64,000 bases of DNA from a virus (IMGVR_UViG_3300035698_012970:24152-88151); one strand, 5' to 3'; positions 11,314-24,369 are shown, counted from the stretch's first letter. Numbers and translations: made by a program. Notes: generated by a model from the letters alone, not told the origin.

Positions 11314-12127
11314 ATCTTATTTTTTATACCAAAGTTTCTGTGTAACTGCCTCTTTGTGCCTATATTTTTCTCCGTAGTCACTAATTATCCATTTATCTAA
11401 TCTTTCTCTAGCCTCTTCAAAGCTTTTAAAATACTTGGTAAATATTATCGAATTCCTTATCTCGTGATCTTGTAGTGCATAAAAAGGTAACCCAAATTCA
11501 CTTTCTGCGTTATTCTCTTCCATAGTCGGATTACTTGCAAGTTTATTATGCTTAATAATACTATATCTTTTTCTTATCTTCTTTAATAGTTTAGCTTTCA
11601 TCAACTTCTATATTTCTGGTTAAATGTTTATACATTTCCTCTTTTACTCTTTGAGAAACGTACTCTGCTTTCTCTAAATCTGGTATGATTTCTTTAGGTT
11701 CACACATAAATTCTGGAGTCATTTTTACAATGACCTCAAAATTTGTACCTGTGCTATAAGAAAAATTGTCCTTTTGTATTATTACTACTGTTACTGCTTC
11801 ACTCATTATATTATTCTTTTGAATCTCTATATACTCTTTGGAAATCGTCTTTAAAAAGTTTTCCCATGAAATCTGCTGCATAATGACTTCCTAATGGAGT
11901 CATTATATCTTCACATAATAAAAACGGAACAAATACATTATGTTCTCCTATTTCTTTCATGGTAAACTTTACTTTACAGCCCAATTGTCCATTTGGATAA
12001 CCTTCCATTGGTTTTGTTCTGGATAACTTCTTATCTAAGATTTTACATTTCACAGGTAGCAACCAGTCATTATCCTTAAATGAAGTCTCAATTTTGTTCA
12101 TTGCTAACTTAACTATTTTTGGTATCA

Positions 12128-12988
12128 TTATTCTGCGTTATTTGGTACAAGGTTTCTGATATATTCACGATCCTGTGTGAATGTTGGGGTATCTAGATCT
12201 GTTATCCATTTAGTTCTAGTGCTACCCTCTCCTCTAGTACCAATATTCCCGTCTGGCATTAGACTTGCACTGATTAGCTTATAGTCAATAACCTCAGTCA
12301 CTTTTCTAATAACAGCTCCTCTTTTCTTTCTAATTTCAGCCTTATCCCAATTAACACCCTTTTGAAACATCATTTCCTGCATCTCGTCTGTTTTCTTGCC
12401 ATTTAATTCTTTGTGTGAATATAAACATTGTGCACATGACGAGATTGAATTTCTAACCGCATCTTGTTGTCTCCAAACTAGATAATTTATAACCTCAGTT
12501 AATGTAGGGAGTTGGAAAACCCTTGCATCAAACATAGCTATCTTTTTACTCATATCTTCCATCTCGACCCATTCAAAATTTGGACGCATTGTCTTTTCAT
12601 CAATATGCGCAATCTCTTTTAGCCCTCTAATAAATCTTAGCTGATTAAATTTCGCTGTTGCTAAAGATGCAGCGACAGATGTTATCTTCTGTATAGTCCC
12701 ATCAAACCATGCTTCGGTATTAAGATTATCAAAATCAGTAAGAATTACTGAAATCTCGTCTGATTGGACATAAGCAAGTTTAGCTCCCATGATTTCTTTA
12801 CATAGATATTCAGCAGTTGAATTCATATCTTCTATGAATCCATGATCAAAAGGTCTTATTAAACCTCTTGTATATGTGTGGAATGCTTTACCGTCAATTC
12901 TAATGACAGTATAACTTCTTCTCATTAATTTTTGTTTAGTACGACTTTCGTAGTACGATTTCATTCTATCTCCTAAGTTGTCTTTCAT
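12128..12988 (-). CDS. thg1: tRNA(His) guanylyltransferase / Thg1-like protein
   Basis: RIDGKAFHTYT, YVQSDEIS, FDARVF and WRQQDAVRNSI motifs. Confidence 0.95.
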   Translation of the reverse strand: MKDNLGDRMKSYYESRTKQKLMRRSYTVIRIDGKAFHTYTRGLIRPFDHGFIEDMNSTAEYLCKEIMGAKLAYVQSDEISVILTDFDNLNTEAWFDGTIQKITSVAASLATAKFNQLRFIRGLKEIAHIDEKTMRPNFEWVEMEDMSKKIAMFDARVFQLPTLTEVINYLVWRQQDAVRNSISSCAQCLYSHKELNGKKTDEMQEMMFQKGVNWDKAEIRKKRGAVIRKVTEVIDYKLISASLMPDGNIGTRGEGSTRTKWITDLDTPTFTQDREYIRNLVPNNAE

Positions 12989-13115
12989 TTTATTTACTAG
13001 TTATTTATATCTATTCTTATGCTTTCCCTTGGGTTGTTTATATTCGCCCATTTTATCAAGTTTTTTAACTACCAGAAAAGCTACCCCGATTGCTATTATT
13101 CCAAACATGTCTATT

Positions 13116-15746
13116 TTATTTAATTATTTCATCTACGTAATCAAACATAATTAATACTCCAATTAGCCAATATATGTTTATATTTTTACTATACATCGCA
13201 TCACCATTATTATTTGCAACTGCATAATAAGCCTCGGTTATATCCCCATGATGTTGTATAGTAATACTACATCTATCATTCACGAAGTGGTTTTCTTCAA
13301 TCATTTCGAATCCATTCTTTTCTAAAAATGGTTTTATCTCCTTTAATATCATTATTTTGCTCGCTTTAATTCATTAATGATTTCATTAATTGTTAGTTTT
13401 TCATATATTAAACACCCAGTGATAATATCAGTACTGTCACCCTCCAGAATTCTCAAAATATCACTCAGTGCACTTATAACTGTTTCTAAGTACACTTCTT
13501 TCACGGTAAAACTATGAAGAGGTTCGGTTTTCTCTCTTGCTATAATCATTGCATCAGCAACTTTATATGCCATTTCAACTTTTTCTCGCAGTAATTCTTC
13601 ACTTGCCTTCTCGGCAGTAAGTTGAATCCATTCTTCCTTTTCTCCCTCCTTAGCAATGTTCTTTCGCTGTCCACCAGTATAAAATGTACTTAATTTATTT
13701 GCACTAATGATCTGTCCTGCTAAATAATCTCTTAGTTTTATATTTTCCATTATATTGTAAATAATCCTATTAAAATACTAATCACTCCAATTATCTCAAT
13801 CCACCATATATGATCCTTCCATTTCCAGATAAGTGCACCAATATAAAATAGTGCAGAGAGCCCACCAAATATAGACAAAGCATACCACGCATCATAATCT
13901 ATACCAAGACCTAATAGCGCTGCGCCTATGCCAATTGCAGCCCCCGTAAAATGAATTATAGGCACTGGTCCTTTCCTAGGTAAGAACTGTGTAGCTCCAC
14001 CAACGAAAATCAATCCCATACCCGATGCAAAAAGCCAAACTGAACTACTATCCCCATTGAAGGTCATGAGTGAACCCAACGCATACATAACTAATGTAAA
14101 AATCCATTGTAAATGAAATGGTTTCAATTTATACCAACTATCCGAGATGGAAGGTAATGGTCTTTTAAATTTTATCAACAAAAATGTGATATAAACAACA
14201 AATATTGTTGTTTGTATTAATGTAATTATCATAATATTCTTTATTTCATTCTCTCTATACTATCTCCGTAATTCTTTATTCTCAAAATTGTTAATTCTCC
14301 ATTCTTTTTGGACTTACCTATCTTAAATTCAAAGTCGTCACTTATACTACAACCATCGCCATCCCAATCATATCTTTTTCCTAATCCAGTTCTCATGTTA
14401 TAAACAAGCTTTTCACTTTCTTCCATTTTAATTGTAACGTTACCAGTTAATAAATTAAATCTAGGTTTAACATTCCAGTATTTTCCAATATGAGTTTGCT
14501 CTCTAAAGATTTGCTTGACTTTACTAACTGTTACTTTCATATTAGTTATTATTAAGTAAATTCTTTTCTTTGCAATGATTTAAACAGTCATCAGTACTAC
14601 CTTCAATCCAAGTTTTAACCATTTCTAGTCCACCTGCTCCCTCACACATACATAATGGACAAAATTCATTTCCATTTGTATCTTTACCAAGCATACCAAC
14701 TCCACCAGCTTTTAAACCAGCAGACCATATTGCATTATTTGCAGCCATTAGTGGATCAAATATTACTAATTCTTCATCCTCTAATTCTTTTACCACGCGA
14801 TTCATTGCATCTTCACCACTTTTGGCCACTAAATGACCCATACCCTTTCTGTCAACCGCTTCTCTGAGCTGTTCCCAGTGTTTAGTACAAATTTTCATAA
14901 TTATATTTTAAGCGTCCATCATTTTTTTATAACCAGCAAAGTAATACTCAAGCCGATAAACTTCTCCTGTACTAGGATCTTTCTTATAAGTACTACCAGA
15001 CGGATATGCATGCACCCATTTAGCCATTATCAGCAGTTTTTAGTTATTTTCTTTTTCTTTATTTGGCTTTTACCATTTTGTCTTAGTTTTAAAATATTAT
15101 ATTCTAATTTCCTAATTTCGACAAAATCTGAACTTCTTCTTGGTGATATATCTAGTTCATCATTATTAACATCCCAATATTGAATATTACTATAATAGTC
15201 ATCATAATTATCTTCTGCTGTTACTGTAATAGCATCTCCAGTTTTAGAGTCCTTTTTATACCTAATCATTTTTGGTAACTTTTAATTGTTTCTTTTTCTC
15301 CCTGGTATACTTCTTTTCTGAAATTTCAACAAATCCTATTAAATCTGGAACTATATCTTCATCGCCATCACCGATCTCTTTACCATGAATATTATAATAA
15401 TGATCAGGAAAATCAATTCTGGTATTATGTTCAAAGATTGATCTTAATATCAATTCTCCAGTATTAGAGTTCTTATAATGTTTTTTAATATGATTTCCCA
15501 TTATACTTGTGTTAATATTAGATTTCTAAGAAGATTTGCTTTTGTTAAAACAGCTCTACCTGTGATATCTGTTCCCTCGTGTTCATTCCCAATATGAGAT
15601 AATCCATCATCTCTCGATCCTTTCCAAAAATTATAAATGAGTTCTTTTAGTTCTTCATGCGAAATCACATCAAGAGCTAATTTAACTATTTCATTTTCTT
15701 TTCTAATCATTTCATTTTCTGCAGTACTAGACATATTCGTAAGCAA
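13116..15746 (-). other. Array of short hypothetical phage genes, including a multi-TM protein at 13750..14232
   Basis: Tightly packed, co-oriented ORFs with overlapping stop/start codons. Confidence 0.7.
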
Positions 15747-16530
15747 GGTTAAATAGTTCCTTATTGATTTGAATATCTTTGTTGAAATTCATAATCTTTC
15801 TGGCATTTCTTAGTTTACCATTCTTAGTATAATGAAAATTCCCATTAATAAACTTTTCCTGGATTATATTGTAAAGTGCCCATAGGGTATCAGCTTTATC
15901 CTCATCCCTTGTTGGTTTAATAAGCTCATCATAGTCTATACTAATGGATAACATTTCATCTTTTTCAAATCTAATATTAAGTGCTTTCTTTACGAAAGTA
16001 AAAGTAGTCTTAGAATCCATTTTAACATCTTTCATTCTTTCCATTGCTTCGATAGTCACTGAAAGATTTTCGACCATATATTTGATTTTCTCCTGTAGAT
16101 CTTCAAAGTTATATCCCATATGGCGGATCTTAATACTCTTAAATTCCTGGGTCGATATTATTAATCCATTTTCACAGATCATTCTGAATAAACCAGCAAT
16201 AAAAGTAAAACTGCTTCTTCCGTCGTGTGAGTTGACTAATAAAATCTGAGGATAAACCTCTTCACCATCATTTTGTATGATTTTAAGATCCTCGTTCATA
16301 AAAACAATCAAGTGCTTCTGAAATCCAATAGTGTTTCCTTTTCTTGCTTTGACCTGTCTTGCATCAGCAGCATACCAACCTAATGATCTCATATCATTAA
16401 TAAGTGTGGATGTAGTAATGTGTTTGTATAATCGAGAAACAACCTCAGAAGATTCTTCAGTAAAAGCAGAGGGAACAAGTTCCATCAATTCTTCATCGGT
16501 CAATCCTTCGGTAGCAGTTAATCGTAGCAT
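15727..16530 (-). CDS. DUF932/DUF945-family protein
   Basis: PQILLVNSHDGRSSF..AGLFRMICENGL, IRHMG. Confidence 0.9.
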   Translation of the reverse strand: MLRLTATEGLTDEELMELVPSAFTEESSEVVSRLYKHITTSTLINDMRSLGWYAADARQVKARKGNTIGFQKHLIVFMNEDLKIIQNDGEEVYPQILLVNSHDGRSSFTFIAGLFRMICENGLIISTQEFKSIKIRHMGYNFEDLQEKIKYMVENLSVTIEAMERMKDVKMDSKTTFTFVKKALNIRFEKDEMLSISIDYDELIKPTRDEDKADTLWALYNIIQEKFINGNFHYTKNGKLRNARKIMNFNKDIQINKELFNLAYEYV

Positions 16531-16553
16531 AATTCTAATTTTAGTTTATACGT

Positions 16554-16585
16554 TAAAAGTAATAATACTTTTCGTAATAAAAAAA
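16554..16585 (-). promoter_or_regulatory. Early-type promoter
   Basis: TTTTTTTATTACG-N11-TACTTTTA. Confidence 0.7.
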
Positions 16586-17695
16586 TTATGGGTAATCAAA
16601 AGTTATAGCAAATTCCATATCAAGGAAATCTTTGATATCCTTAACGAATTCAGTTTCTGTTTTGGGTCTATAAACTACACCATTTTTAGTGTAAGCCCAA
16701 TTATCTCTAACAAGATCTAAACATGTTATAACAATTGTTCTTCTCTTTGCATTTCTAATATAAGGATCTTTATTTACAGCGTGTTTTAATAAATCAAGAT
16801 CCAACATAGTTCTTCTGAACTCGCCTTGAAATTTATTACGTATATTTGTTTCGTATGGATTTTTCTTTATATCATATTTAATATGTTCATTTGTCATTGG
16901 TCCATTACCATGACGAGTTTGATACGCTCTTGTAACAAGATATAAATTAACATCACTATCATCACCTTCTAATATTTCAAGAACGTTAGTCATGCCAACG
17001 TTAGATCTAGTAACATGTGGAAAAAATCCATAATGTTGATCAAGTAATAATCCTTGTGAACTTTCAAAAATTAAGTTATTATATTCTTTATGAACATTAT
17101 CTCTAATTTCTATATAAGGACTATCTAACATTTCCTGTACTGCATTCAAGAACATAGTTACTCGATTATCCCTCATGTGAGGTGGCATATTATTATCTAT
17201 GTAATAATATTCCCTAAATAGTTTTATTTTAGTTTCAAGGACATCCCTATTTAATAAATCTCCTGCAGTCAACGAGAAGAATTTTTCTTCTCGTTCAAAT
17301 GTATTACCAACTCCTGTTCCGCATGTTCCATGTTTGGAATTCTCATAATCTATTACCTTATCTAATGGTAAAGTAACAGGAGCATCCGGGCTGATGTATA
17401 ACATAGGTTTAACCCCTTTTTCTAAGAGTAGATGTAGTTCCCTTATAAGACCCATTGGATCTACAGTACAATACTTAGTCCAATAAGTTGGGAGTCCTTG
17501 AAAACTACCAGAACCGAAGTTAGAAAAGATATGATATTCTTCTCCGTCTCTTACTCCGTGCCCAGCTTGTTGTCCCCCAGAGAATCTAATTACAATAGTA
17601 GATCCTTTATAAGCTGCAAGTGCGAGGGCATTGACAGTTCTGCCTTTGCCCTCGTCTCCAAATATTAACCCAATTACAACATCCCTTGTTCTCAT
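16586..17695 (-). CDS. purA: Adenylosuccinate synthetase-like protein
   Basis: FGDEGKG, RFSGGQQAGH, FESSQGLLLD, FPHVTRS and TRHGNGP motifs. Confidence 0.85.
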   Translation of the reverse strand: MRTRDVVIGLIFGDEGKGRTVNALALAAYKGSTIVIRFSGGQQAGHGVRDGEEYHIFSNFGSGSFQGLPTYWTKYCTVDPMGLIRELHLLLEKGVKPMLYISPDAPVTLPLDKVIDYENSKHGTCGTGVGNTFEREEKFFSLTAGDLLNRDVLETKIKLFREYYYIDNNMPPHMRDNRVTMFLNAVQEMLDSPYIEIRDNVHKEYNNLIFESSQGLLLDQHYGFFPHVTRSNVGMTNVLEILEGDDSDVNLYLVTRAYQTRHGNGPMTNEHIKYDIKKNPYETNIRNKFQGEFRRTMLDLDLLKHAVNKDPYIRNAKRRTIVITCLDLVRDNWAYTKNGVVYRPKTETEFVKDIKDFLDMEFAITFDYP

Positions 17696-18595
17696 CTAAA
17701 GCATTGTTGGTGCATCAGTAGGAATAACATCAGTATTAGTATCAAGAACCTCTTCTTGCGGTTCAGTATTTATCGTTGTTGATTCGGGTGCATTAGATGC
17801 TCCTTTAGCAACAATTGTTGAGATTATACCAGATACTTCGGTATGAGATTGTGCAACAATTAGGTTGTCTCCTAAAACTTGTTTCCAACCATTCGAAGTA
17901 GTCTCATTTTTCCCTTGCCAGGTTTCTCCTATGTGAATATGATAAACATCATATTTCTTCATTGCCATTGCTAGCAAACTATCAGCAGTTTCGTCTGAGT
18001 ATTGACCTTCTTCGCCCATAAGTTCTTTTTGAGTCGAAGCAGGTAAAGTCTCTAAGTTTGGCTCATCACCAATTGTAAATAAGAAACCTTTTTTACCTCT
18101 CTTGTCAGCTGCATCATGCTCAGTGTATCGAGCAGCAAAGAACCAAGCAAGTAAATAACTTTCTCCTCCGTTTGCGCCTCCACCTTTTTCAAGGTATGTG
18201 TGTGTTAACCATTTATCCATAAGCTCATCGCTTGATTCAAATTGACCAACCTGAAGCGGTGCATTGTCAGTTTCATGATCTCCAATTCCAACAAAAAGAA
18301 TTTGCGGATCAGGAATTCCAGCTTTTATAACTGAGTCGACAATATGTGGTAGTCCATTTTTTACCAATTGCCCTGGTACAGCTCCCATAGAACCTGTTAG
18401 GTCAAGATTGATAATAATAGGTACAGAATTTGGATGCTCCTTTGAATCTCTCGATTCTCTAAGTGCTATCCCAAGTGGACGCATGTCCTTGTGTATTTCA
18501 CGTTGTGAAAACGTTTTGTGAATCGGTTGATCGTAATAACCAGCGCTCTTAGCTCTGACTGTACGACTCGTGCTATCATATCCTCCGTGTCCCAT
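17696..18595 (-). CDS. vWA-domain protein
   Basis: MIDAS motif DLTGSMG; GGGANGGESY; FTIGDE. Confidence 0.85.
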   Translation of the reverse strand: MGHGGYDSTSRTVRAKSAGYYDQPIHKTFSQREIHKDMRPLGIALRESRDSKEHPNSVPIIINLDLTGSMGAVPGQLVKNGLPHIVDSVIKAGIPDPQILFVGIGDHETDNAPLQVGQFESSDELMDKWLTHTYLEKGGGANGGESYLLAWFFAARYTEHDAADKRGKKGFLFTIGDEPNLETLPASTQKELMGEEGQYSDETADSLLAMAMKKYDVYHIHIGETWQGKNETTSNGWKQVLGDNLIVAQSHTEVSGIISTIVAKGASNAPESTTINTEPQEEVLDTNTDVIPTDAPTML

Positions 18596-18597
18596 AA

Positions 18598-18966
18598 TTA
18601 TGCAGTTGCTGTTTCTGCTACTTCTTCAAACAAATGTTCGAATCTTTCTTTAGCAACATCTAATCTGATTCTTTCGTTGCGAATCTTAACTGCAACTTCT
18701 AAATCTTTTCCGATATAATCATCAGCATTGAAATCACTTGCTAACGTAAGCGATTGAGCGTTAGTCGGAGATAAATCTAGCATGTTTTCCAACTCTCTTT
18801 CCATTTCGACGATCTTTAATTCAAGATCTTCAACTTTTCTGCGATACTTAAGTTCCGCAGTAGTAACGATAGCCATTGCTCTATCGTCTCTGATTTGCTT
18901 ATTGTTTCTCTTCAGAGAAGCTATAAACGCACCATTCTTTGCATTGTTTAGTTTTGTTGTTTCCAT
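18598..18966 (-). CDS. Coiled-coil hypothetical protein
   Basis: 122-aa ORF at the head of the vWA-PurA cassette. Confidence 0.7.
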   Translation of the reverse strand: METTKLNNAKNGAFIASLKRNNKQIRDDRAMAIVTTAELKYRRKVEDLELKIVEMERELENMLDLSPTNAQSLTLASDFNADDYIGKDLEVAVKIRNERIRLDVAKERFEHLFEEVAETATA

Positions 18967-19820
18967 TTTTAAATTTTTAATGGTTAATATTAATATTTTG
19001 CCTCATAGAGGCATCTTTATTTACTAATTAAAATATAAATATACTTGCAATCACAGCAATCTGTCCAATTATAAGTGACCATATTTGAATGCGCCAGACT
19101 AAACGATAATCCTTAAAATCTCCATCACTCCATTCACTAGCTGGTTCCCTGTCCATATGCCAAATCCCTAGAAGTGGAACATATCTCAATTTACTTTTTT
19201 TCATAGTTATTCTTTTGGTATAAAATTATATCTAAAATAAGGTTTATCGTAATAACATCTAGTCGCTACTATACCTTTTTCGTTTATTTCTTTAACCATA
19301 TCATATGTTAATTTACTTCTTACCTGTAAACCTAGTGTTCTATTATTCCCGTAATACATACTGACCTTATCATCACCCTCAGATATCAATTCATGCGCTG
19401 GAGGTTGATCTGTACCGCCAACTAAGCATTTTCTATTAATACACCAAATGCATACAGATGGGTTTACCGTAGTTGTAATTTTCCCTGGATCCACACCAAA
19501 ATCATGATATCTTTTTAGTAACTCATTTTCTGGTTCATATTTGGGTTCCATATAACCTATTGACCCACATCCTTTAATAGATGGACTTCCTTTAATAGAT
19601 GGGCTACCTTTTACAATTGGTTCATTAATATATTTTGGTTTATGGTTTTGATAGTGTGTAAAATCCTTTTTAGTTGGAGCTTTATTAACAAAAATAATGA
19701 TTGCAACAAAGATCCCACACATTAAACATGTCCATATAGGATACTCCAATAAAAATTGTATAACATCAGACATATTATTTTAATTTTACATTCTATATTA
19801 ATACTCGGTTTAGTTTCATA

Positions 19821-20513
19821 TTACTTCTGGTCTGATTCTTTTCTTTGAACCTCATTAAAGTTTAAACTACTATCAAGCTCATCTGTGTTAACTTTACCCT
19901 TACTCTTACTTGCACTAAGTTTAGACGATCTGTAACTCTTTATATTTTTACTTGTTGAGCCAAATGATGCACTAACTCCTCTTGTATTAGCACCATAAGT
20001 CATCGAATTTTGTGAATTAATACCCATACTTCCACCAGTGGTAACTGCATCTTGGTTTGCTCCAAGGAATAAGAATTTCCATCCTTTCTTTTCCATTTCA
20101 GGGATAATTTTTTTGATTGCCTCTCCTGTGTATTCCCGACTTGCATTCTCACATCCATCAGTGATAATAACACAAACAACATCACGATCTGTTTCAAGTT
20201 CGTTGATAGTTTTTCCAATCGCATCATACATCGCAGTCATTCCCCTTGGTACAAAAGTCTCTCTGTAAACAAGATCCTGTACTTCGTTCATTGGAACTGA
20301 TTTGTAATCCATTTGATATTTAGTATCAAATTGTACTAAGGTAAGGAATGCCTCCCCATCAGAGTTTCTCTGTTCATTTAAGAACTCATTAAATCCATCA
20401 ACTGTTACTTGACCAATGGTGGACATAGATCCTGAACGATCTAAGATAATGATAACTTCTGTTTCAACTAATTTTTCTTTAGTTAATTTTTCTTCTTTTT
20501 CTGGTATAATCAT
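19821..20513 (-). CDS. vWA-domain protein
   Basis: ILDRSGSM, TAMYDAIG, IITDGCENAS, FLFLGANQDA. Confidence 0.9.
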   Translation of the reverse strand: MIIPEKEEKLTKEKLVETEVIIILDRSGSMSTIGQVTVDGFNEFLNEQRNSDGEAFLTLVQFDTKYQMDYKSVPMNEVQDLVYRETFVPRGMTAMYDAIGKTINELETDRDVVCVIITDGCENASREYTGEAIKKIIPEMEKKGWKFLFLGANQDAVTTGGSMGINSQNSMTYGANTRGVSASFGSTSKNIKSYRSSKLSASKSKGKVNTDELDSSLNFNEVQRKESDQK

Positions 20514-20528
20514 AATTTCTATTTTGGT

Positions 20529-22861
20529 TTAATTTTTTCCTTTTAGTACCCAGTAATCAGGGCCACTTCTGTTTGGACCATCAAGTCCGTCATCAAAATG
20601 CGTTTCTACTACCCAACCAGCTTTAATATATCTTTTTTCTAACTCTTTTTGCATTATAGCTAACCTTGCTGATTTGTGTTTTTGTATTCCGGTTTCGCCT
20701 GGCAAATCATATTGAAAAGTTGCGTAACCTAATTCAATACTAACTTCATTAAAGTAACCAGTACCGAAATTACTTTTAATCTTTTCATCAATAAAATCTT
20801 CTCTCGACTTAATTAAAGCTAATTCTTCTTCGTTCAAAGGATCAGTTTCGATCTTTTTCTTGAGTTTTTTGTATCCTATAGCCATATCTTCATATTTTAC
20901 TGCCATGATTATTTTATATCATAAAAAGTATCTTTGTTTCGCTGATTAACTAATTCTAAACTCTTTAAATTTTACTAAACTAGTACATCCGCCAACTGAT
21001 GTTGCCCATTCAGGAGCATCCCATGCTTTCTCGTCATCTTCATCGAGTTCACACCATTCATTCCACTCCTTTTGTTTCTCTAACGGTACTACATACCAAT
21101 GGCTCGATTGATCCTGTGATAAATAATATTCTTTACTCATTTTTAAACACTGGTTCATTTGTTTGTTTACTTAAAAACATTACCTCTCTCATTGGTCTTA
21201 CCCATCCCAGCTTACCTTGTAGTCTGGTTGCATAACATTTATCACAAATTGTGTATGGATTTGTAAAACGCTCAACCTGCTTTAATTTACCATCTTCGCA
21301 ATGTGGGCAATCTTGATCTACCCCATAATCACCATTCTTAATTTTAATATACTGTTCTTCAGTAACATCAACTTCTGTTTGATTAAGATTTTCACAAAAG
21401 GTATCAAAATTTAGAAACGGTTCATCTTCATCTTCTCCGATTATAAATCCATCAGCTCCACCACAGTCTAAATCATATTCCTTTTTAAGAAAATCTATCC
21501 AGTTTTGTTCTGGTATCTTTTCAACTTCTTCTATTGTAATTTTCATCTAATGCTTTAATTAATGTTTCTAATTTTTCTTCTGTCATATAGCCATCATAAT
21601 CGTAATTATGTAAACAAATAAGATCATCGCAATCCTTTGGACTGTTTGGATTCATCTGACAAATCCATAGCGTTTCATTTGGTGTACCAACACAACCAGC
21701 ACTCAAATGTCTATCTCTACCGATTTGATATAATAGCGCATCTCCTACTGTAAAATGTCCAATTGGTTCGAATCCTAATCTTATGTAATCGTCTCTAATC
21801 ATATTAAATATCGTCAAATTTTGTTGGTGTAGGACCTACTGTTTCCATGATTTTAATATTTCTTCTCTTAGATTATCAATAAAATCTTTTCTCTGTTTCA
21901 ATAAATGTTTATCATATTCATTAGCTAAATACCTATCAAATGCCCATTGAATTTTATCTTTGATTTCAGTAAGAAATTTTTTCGGTAAAATCAATTCAGC
22001 TGAAAATCTTACGCCCTTTCTATGCCCATCAAAATTATCACCTTCATGAATTACAACATTACAATATAATAACTTATCTTGAATATGAAAATATAAATCT
22101 ACGCATCCATCATAAGTACTCCACGTATTAAGTTCTGATAAATTCAATGGATAGTACTCAGGATGTTCATTTTTCCAACGATCATTCCATTCCTTTTTAA
22201 CTATCTTAACTGAACCGAAATTCTTAACGATAGCACAAACATCACTCCAACGAGAACTGTTAACGCCATCTACTAATTTTAGTAATTTATACAATTCCTT
22301 TGCTTCCATATTTATTTTTTAATATAATCCTTAAAAATCAATACCCATTCTTTATAATATACTGTTTTTGTTACGTCAAAAAATATACTAAGAGGTTCTT
22401 CTTTTTCAACGTTTTGGTATTCGTAGACTTTTTCATATCTTTCCCACCAGACTCTGTGTTTATCATCTAACCTTACTGGGAATAATGCAAACCTGATTAC
22501 AGTTTTTTTATCTCCAATCTTAGTTTTTTCTTTTTTATTCCATCTCATATTAATCAAATATTGGATCCTGGTGAAATGGTGATTTATAATCTCCTTTTTT
22601 AGCTTTCTTAATCTTTAATTCTTCTGGTAGAAAATCACCAAATTCTCTAACCATGTTTGTTTTAGCGAGAATGTGATACTTCTCTTTTAAATCAAAACCC
22701 TTTGTTAGGATATTCCAAGAAGTACCTTTAGTCATACCCTTATTAACTGAGCTTATTTTTCCCCAGTCCTTAATACCAACCTTAGCTGCTCCAAACATAA
22801 AAGCTATTTGTTCATTGGTTATGGTCTCTGCTATTTTTCTTGCGTCTTTTCTATTCATCAT
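20529..22861 (-). other. Array of short hypothetical phage genes
   Basis: Co-oriented packed ORFs. Confidence 0.7.
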
Positions 22862-24369
22862 ACAACTTTTGCGATTTCTTTATATCTAAACTTATAATTT
22901 TTTATCATAAACTTAAGCATTTCCAAACTTGAAGCACAGATTATAAATCCATGATTTTTGAGGTTCATAGCAAAACCACTAGTATGTAGGTAATTTCTAT
23001 CTTTAAACTCCCCTATGATAGCGTTATATTCCCTCATATCACCGCATGGATAGTAATCTTTCGTCGTAGGAGTATGAGAAAGATTAGCATGTCCGTGGAT
23101 CATATAATTGATTTTTGGGAAATGCTCATATAACGCTACTTGAATTGGTGTGTCAACAGATGGTTTCTTATCTCCATAATAACCAATTTTATCACCATCT
23201 TTTGTTACACAAACAAAGTCATCTGCTCCCAAATATTCTTTTGGTGCATTTCTTTTTGAAACCCAAATACCCCCTTGTTTTCCTCTTGCAGTAGGAAACA
23301 TTTTTTTACATCGGGTTGATGCATTACCAAAATATCTTCCACCTCTTTCGTTCTCGACTTTTTTAGCAACATTCTTTACAATCTCTGAGAAACTGTTTAA
23401 TGTTTTAGGTGGTTCTATTGGAGCTACGCCACCAAGGTGACTTGATCCTTTACGTATAGATCCTTTAGTCCATCCATAGAATTTAAGGATACTTTTACCC
23501 AATTTATCTATGTCACTAGTAAGTCCCCAACTGTTACCTAAAGCATCAATTAAATTAAATTTATATGGTTTTTGTGTTTTGTCTATTGCAATGACTGCGT
23601 TAGCACCCATTTTGAAGATCCTTGAAACTGCATCACCTAAGGCAGACTCCATTGATTCCATTGAAACCAATCCCTTCTCAGTCACAAGATTTCTTAAAAC
23701 CTTAGTTACTATCATGACTGAGCCTTTAGGTTTCTTTGGATAGATCTTATTAATCGAATTATCAACGTTTGCTCCCCAGATAATTAAATCCTGATCTAAA
23801 TTAGTAGCCAATCTTAATATATCTAGACTTCCGCCATTTACAACATCAGAATTTAACTGTAAACCAAGTTCATTAATTATATTTGATGAATGTGATTTAC
23901 TTAGATCATTATCGAATGTTCCGCCAACAATAATTGGATTTTCTGGTAGTGCATTAAAAACTTCATTACTCAAAGCTTTTTTCAATTCTTTTACTTTAGG
24001 TTTGATTTTCCAAGTATCAATCACTTTTATATTATCTGTCCAAAATTGGATTGCTTGTACCTCTTCCTCTAATCCAAATGCATACATTTTATACCCAATT
24101 TCATGATTAGTTATTATTTTATGTGATACTCTCCAAGCTCTTGGTAACTCTACATAATTAATAGCTAATGCTTGATCCCAAACTTTATACCCAACAAAGA
24201 TAGCTAAGATTGGTCTGCTGATTTCAGAATCATCTTTAATATGTCTAAATAGAATATAGTCACCAAATTTCCATTCAGTATCTACTTCTAGAAAATACTC
24301 AACATTTTCTTTTAATTTTTCATATTTATTAAACCAATGTCGTGCTTGATATATGGCGTCGAATGTCAT
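22858..24369 (-). CDS. Protein with C-terminal class II aldolase/adducin domain
   Basis: GNASTR, KPSVDTPIQ..LY, IHGH and LKNHG motifs. Confidence 0.75.
   Translation of the reverse strand: MTFDAIYQARHWFNKYEKLKENVEYFLEVDTEWKFGDYILFRHIKDDSEISRPILAIFVGYKVWDQALAINYVELPRAWRVSHKIITNHEIGYKMYAFGLEEEVQAIQFWTDNIKVIDTWKIKPKVKELKKALSNEVFNALPENPIIVGGTFDNDLSKSHSSNIINELGLQLNSDVVNGGSLDILRLATNLDQDLIIWGANVDNSINKIYPKKPKGSVMIVTKVLRNLVTEKGLVSMESMESALGDAVSRIFKMGANAVIAIDKTQKPYKFNLIDALGNSWGLTSDIDKLGKSILKFYGWTKGSIRKGSSHLGGVAPIEPPKTLNSFSEIVKNVAKKVENERGGRYFGNASTRCKKMFPTARGKQGGIWVSKRNAPKEYLGADDFVCVTKDGDKIGYYGDKKPSVDTPIQVALYEHFPKINYMIHGHANLSHTPTTKDYYPCGDMREYNAIIGEFKDRNYLHTSGFAMNLKNHGFIICASSLEMLKFMIKNYKFRYKEIAKVV

Noticed and set aside
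16586-17695. PurZ / Z-genome pathway
   Set aside because: The motif is GDEGKG (PurA-type Asp), and no DatZ- or MazZ-like neighbours were recognised.
19570-19612. 18-nt tandem repeat (KGSPSI x2)
   Set aside because: It is a simple in-frame duplication within a hypothetical gene, with no sign of a wider system.
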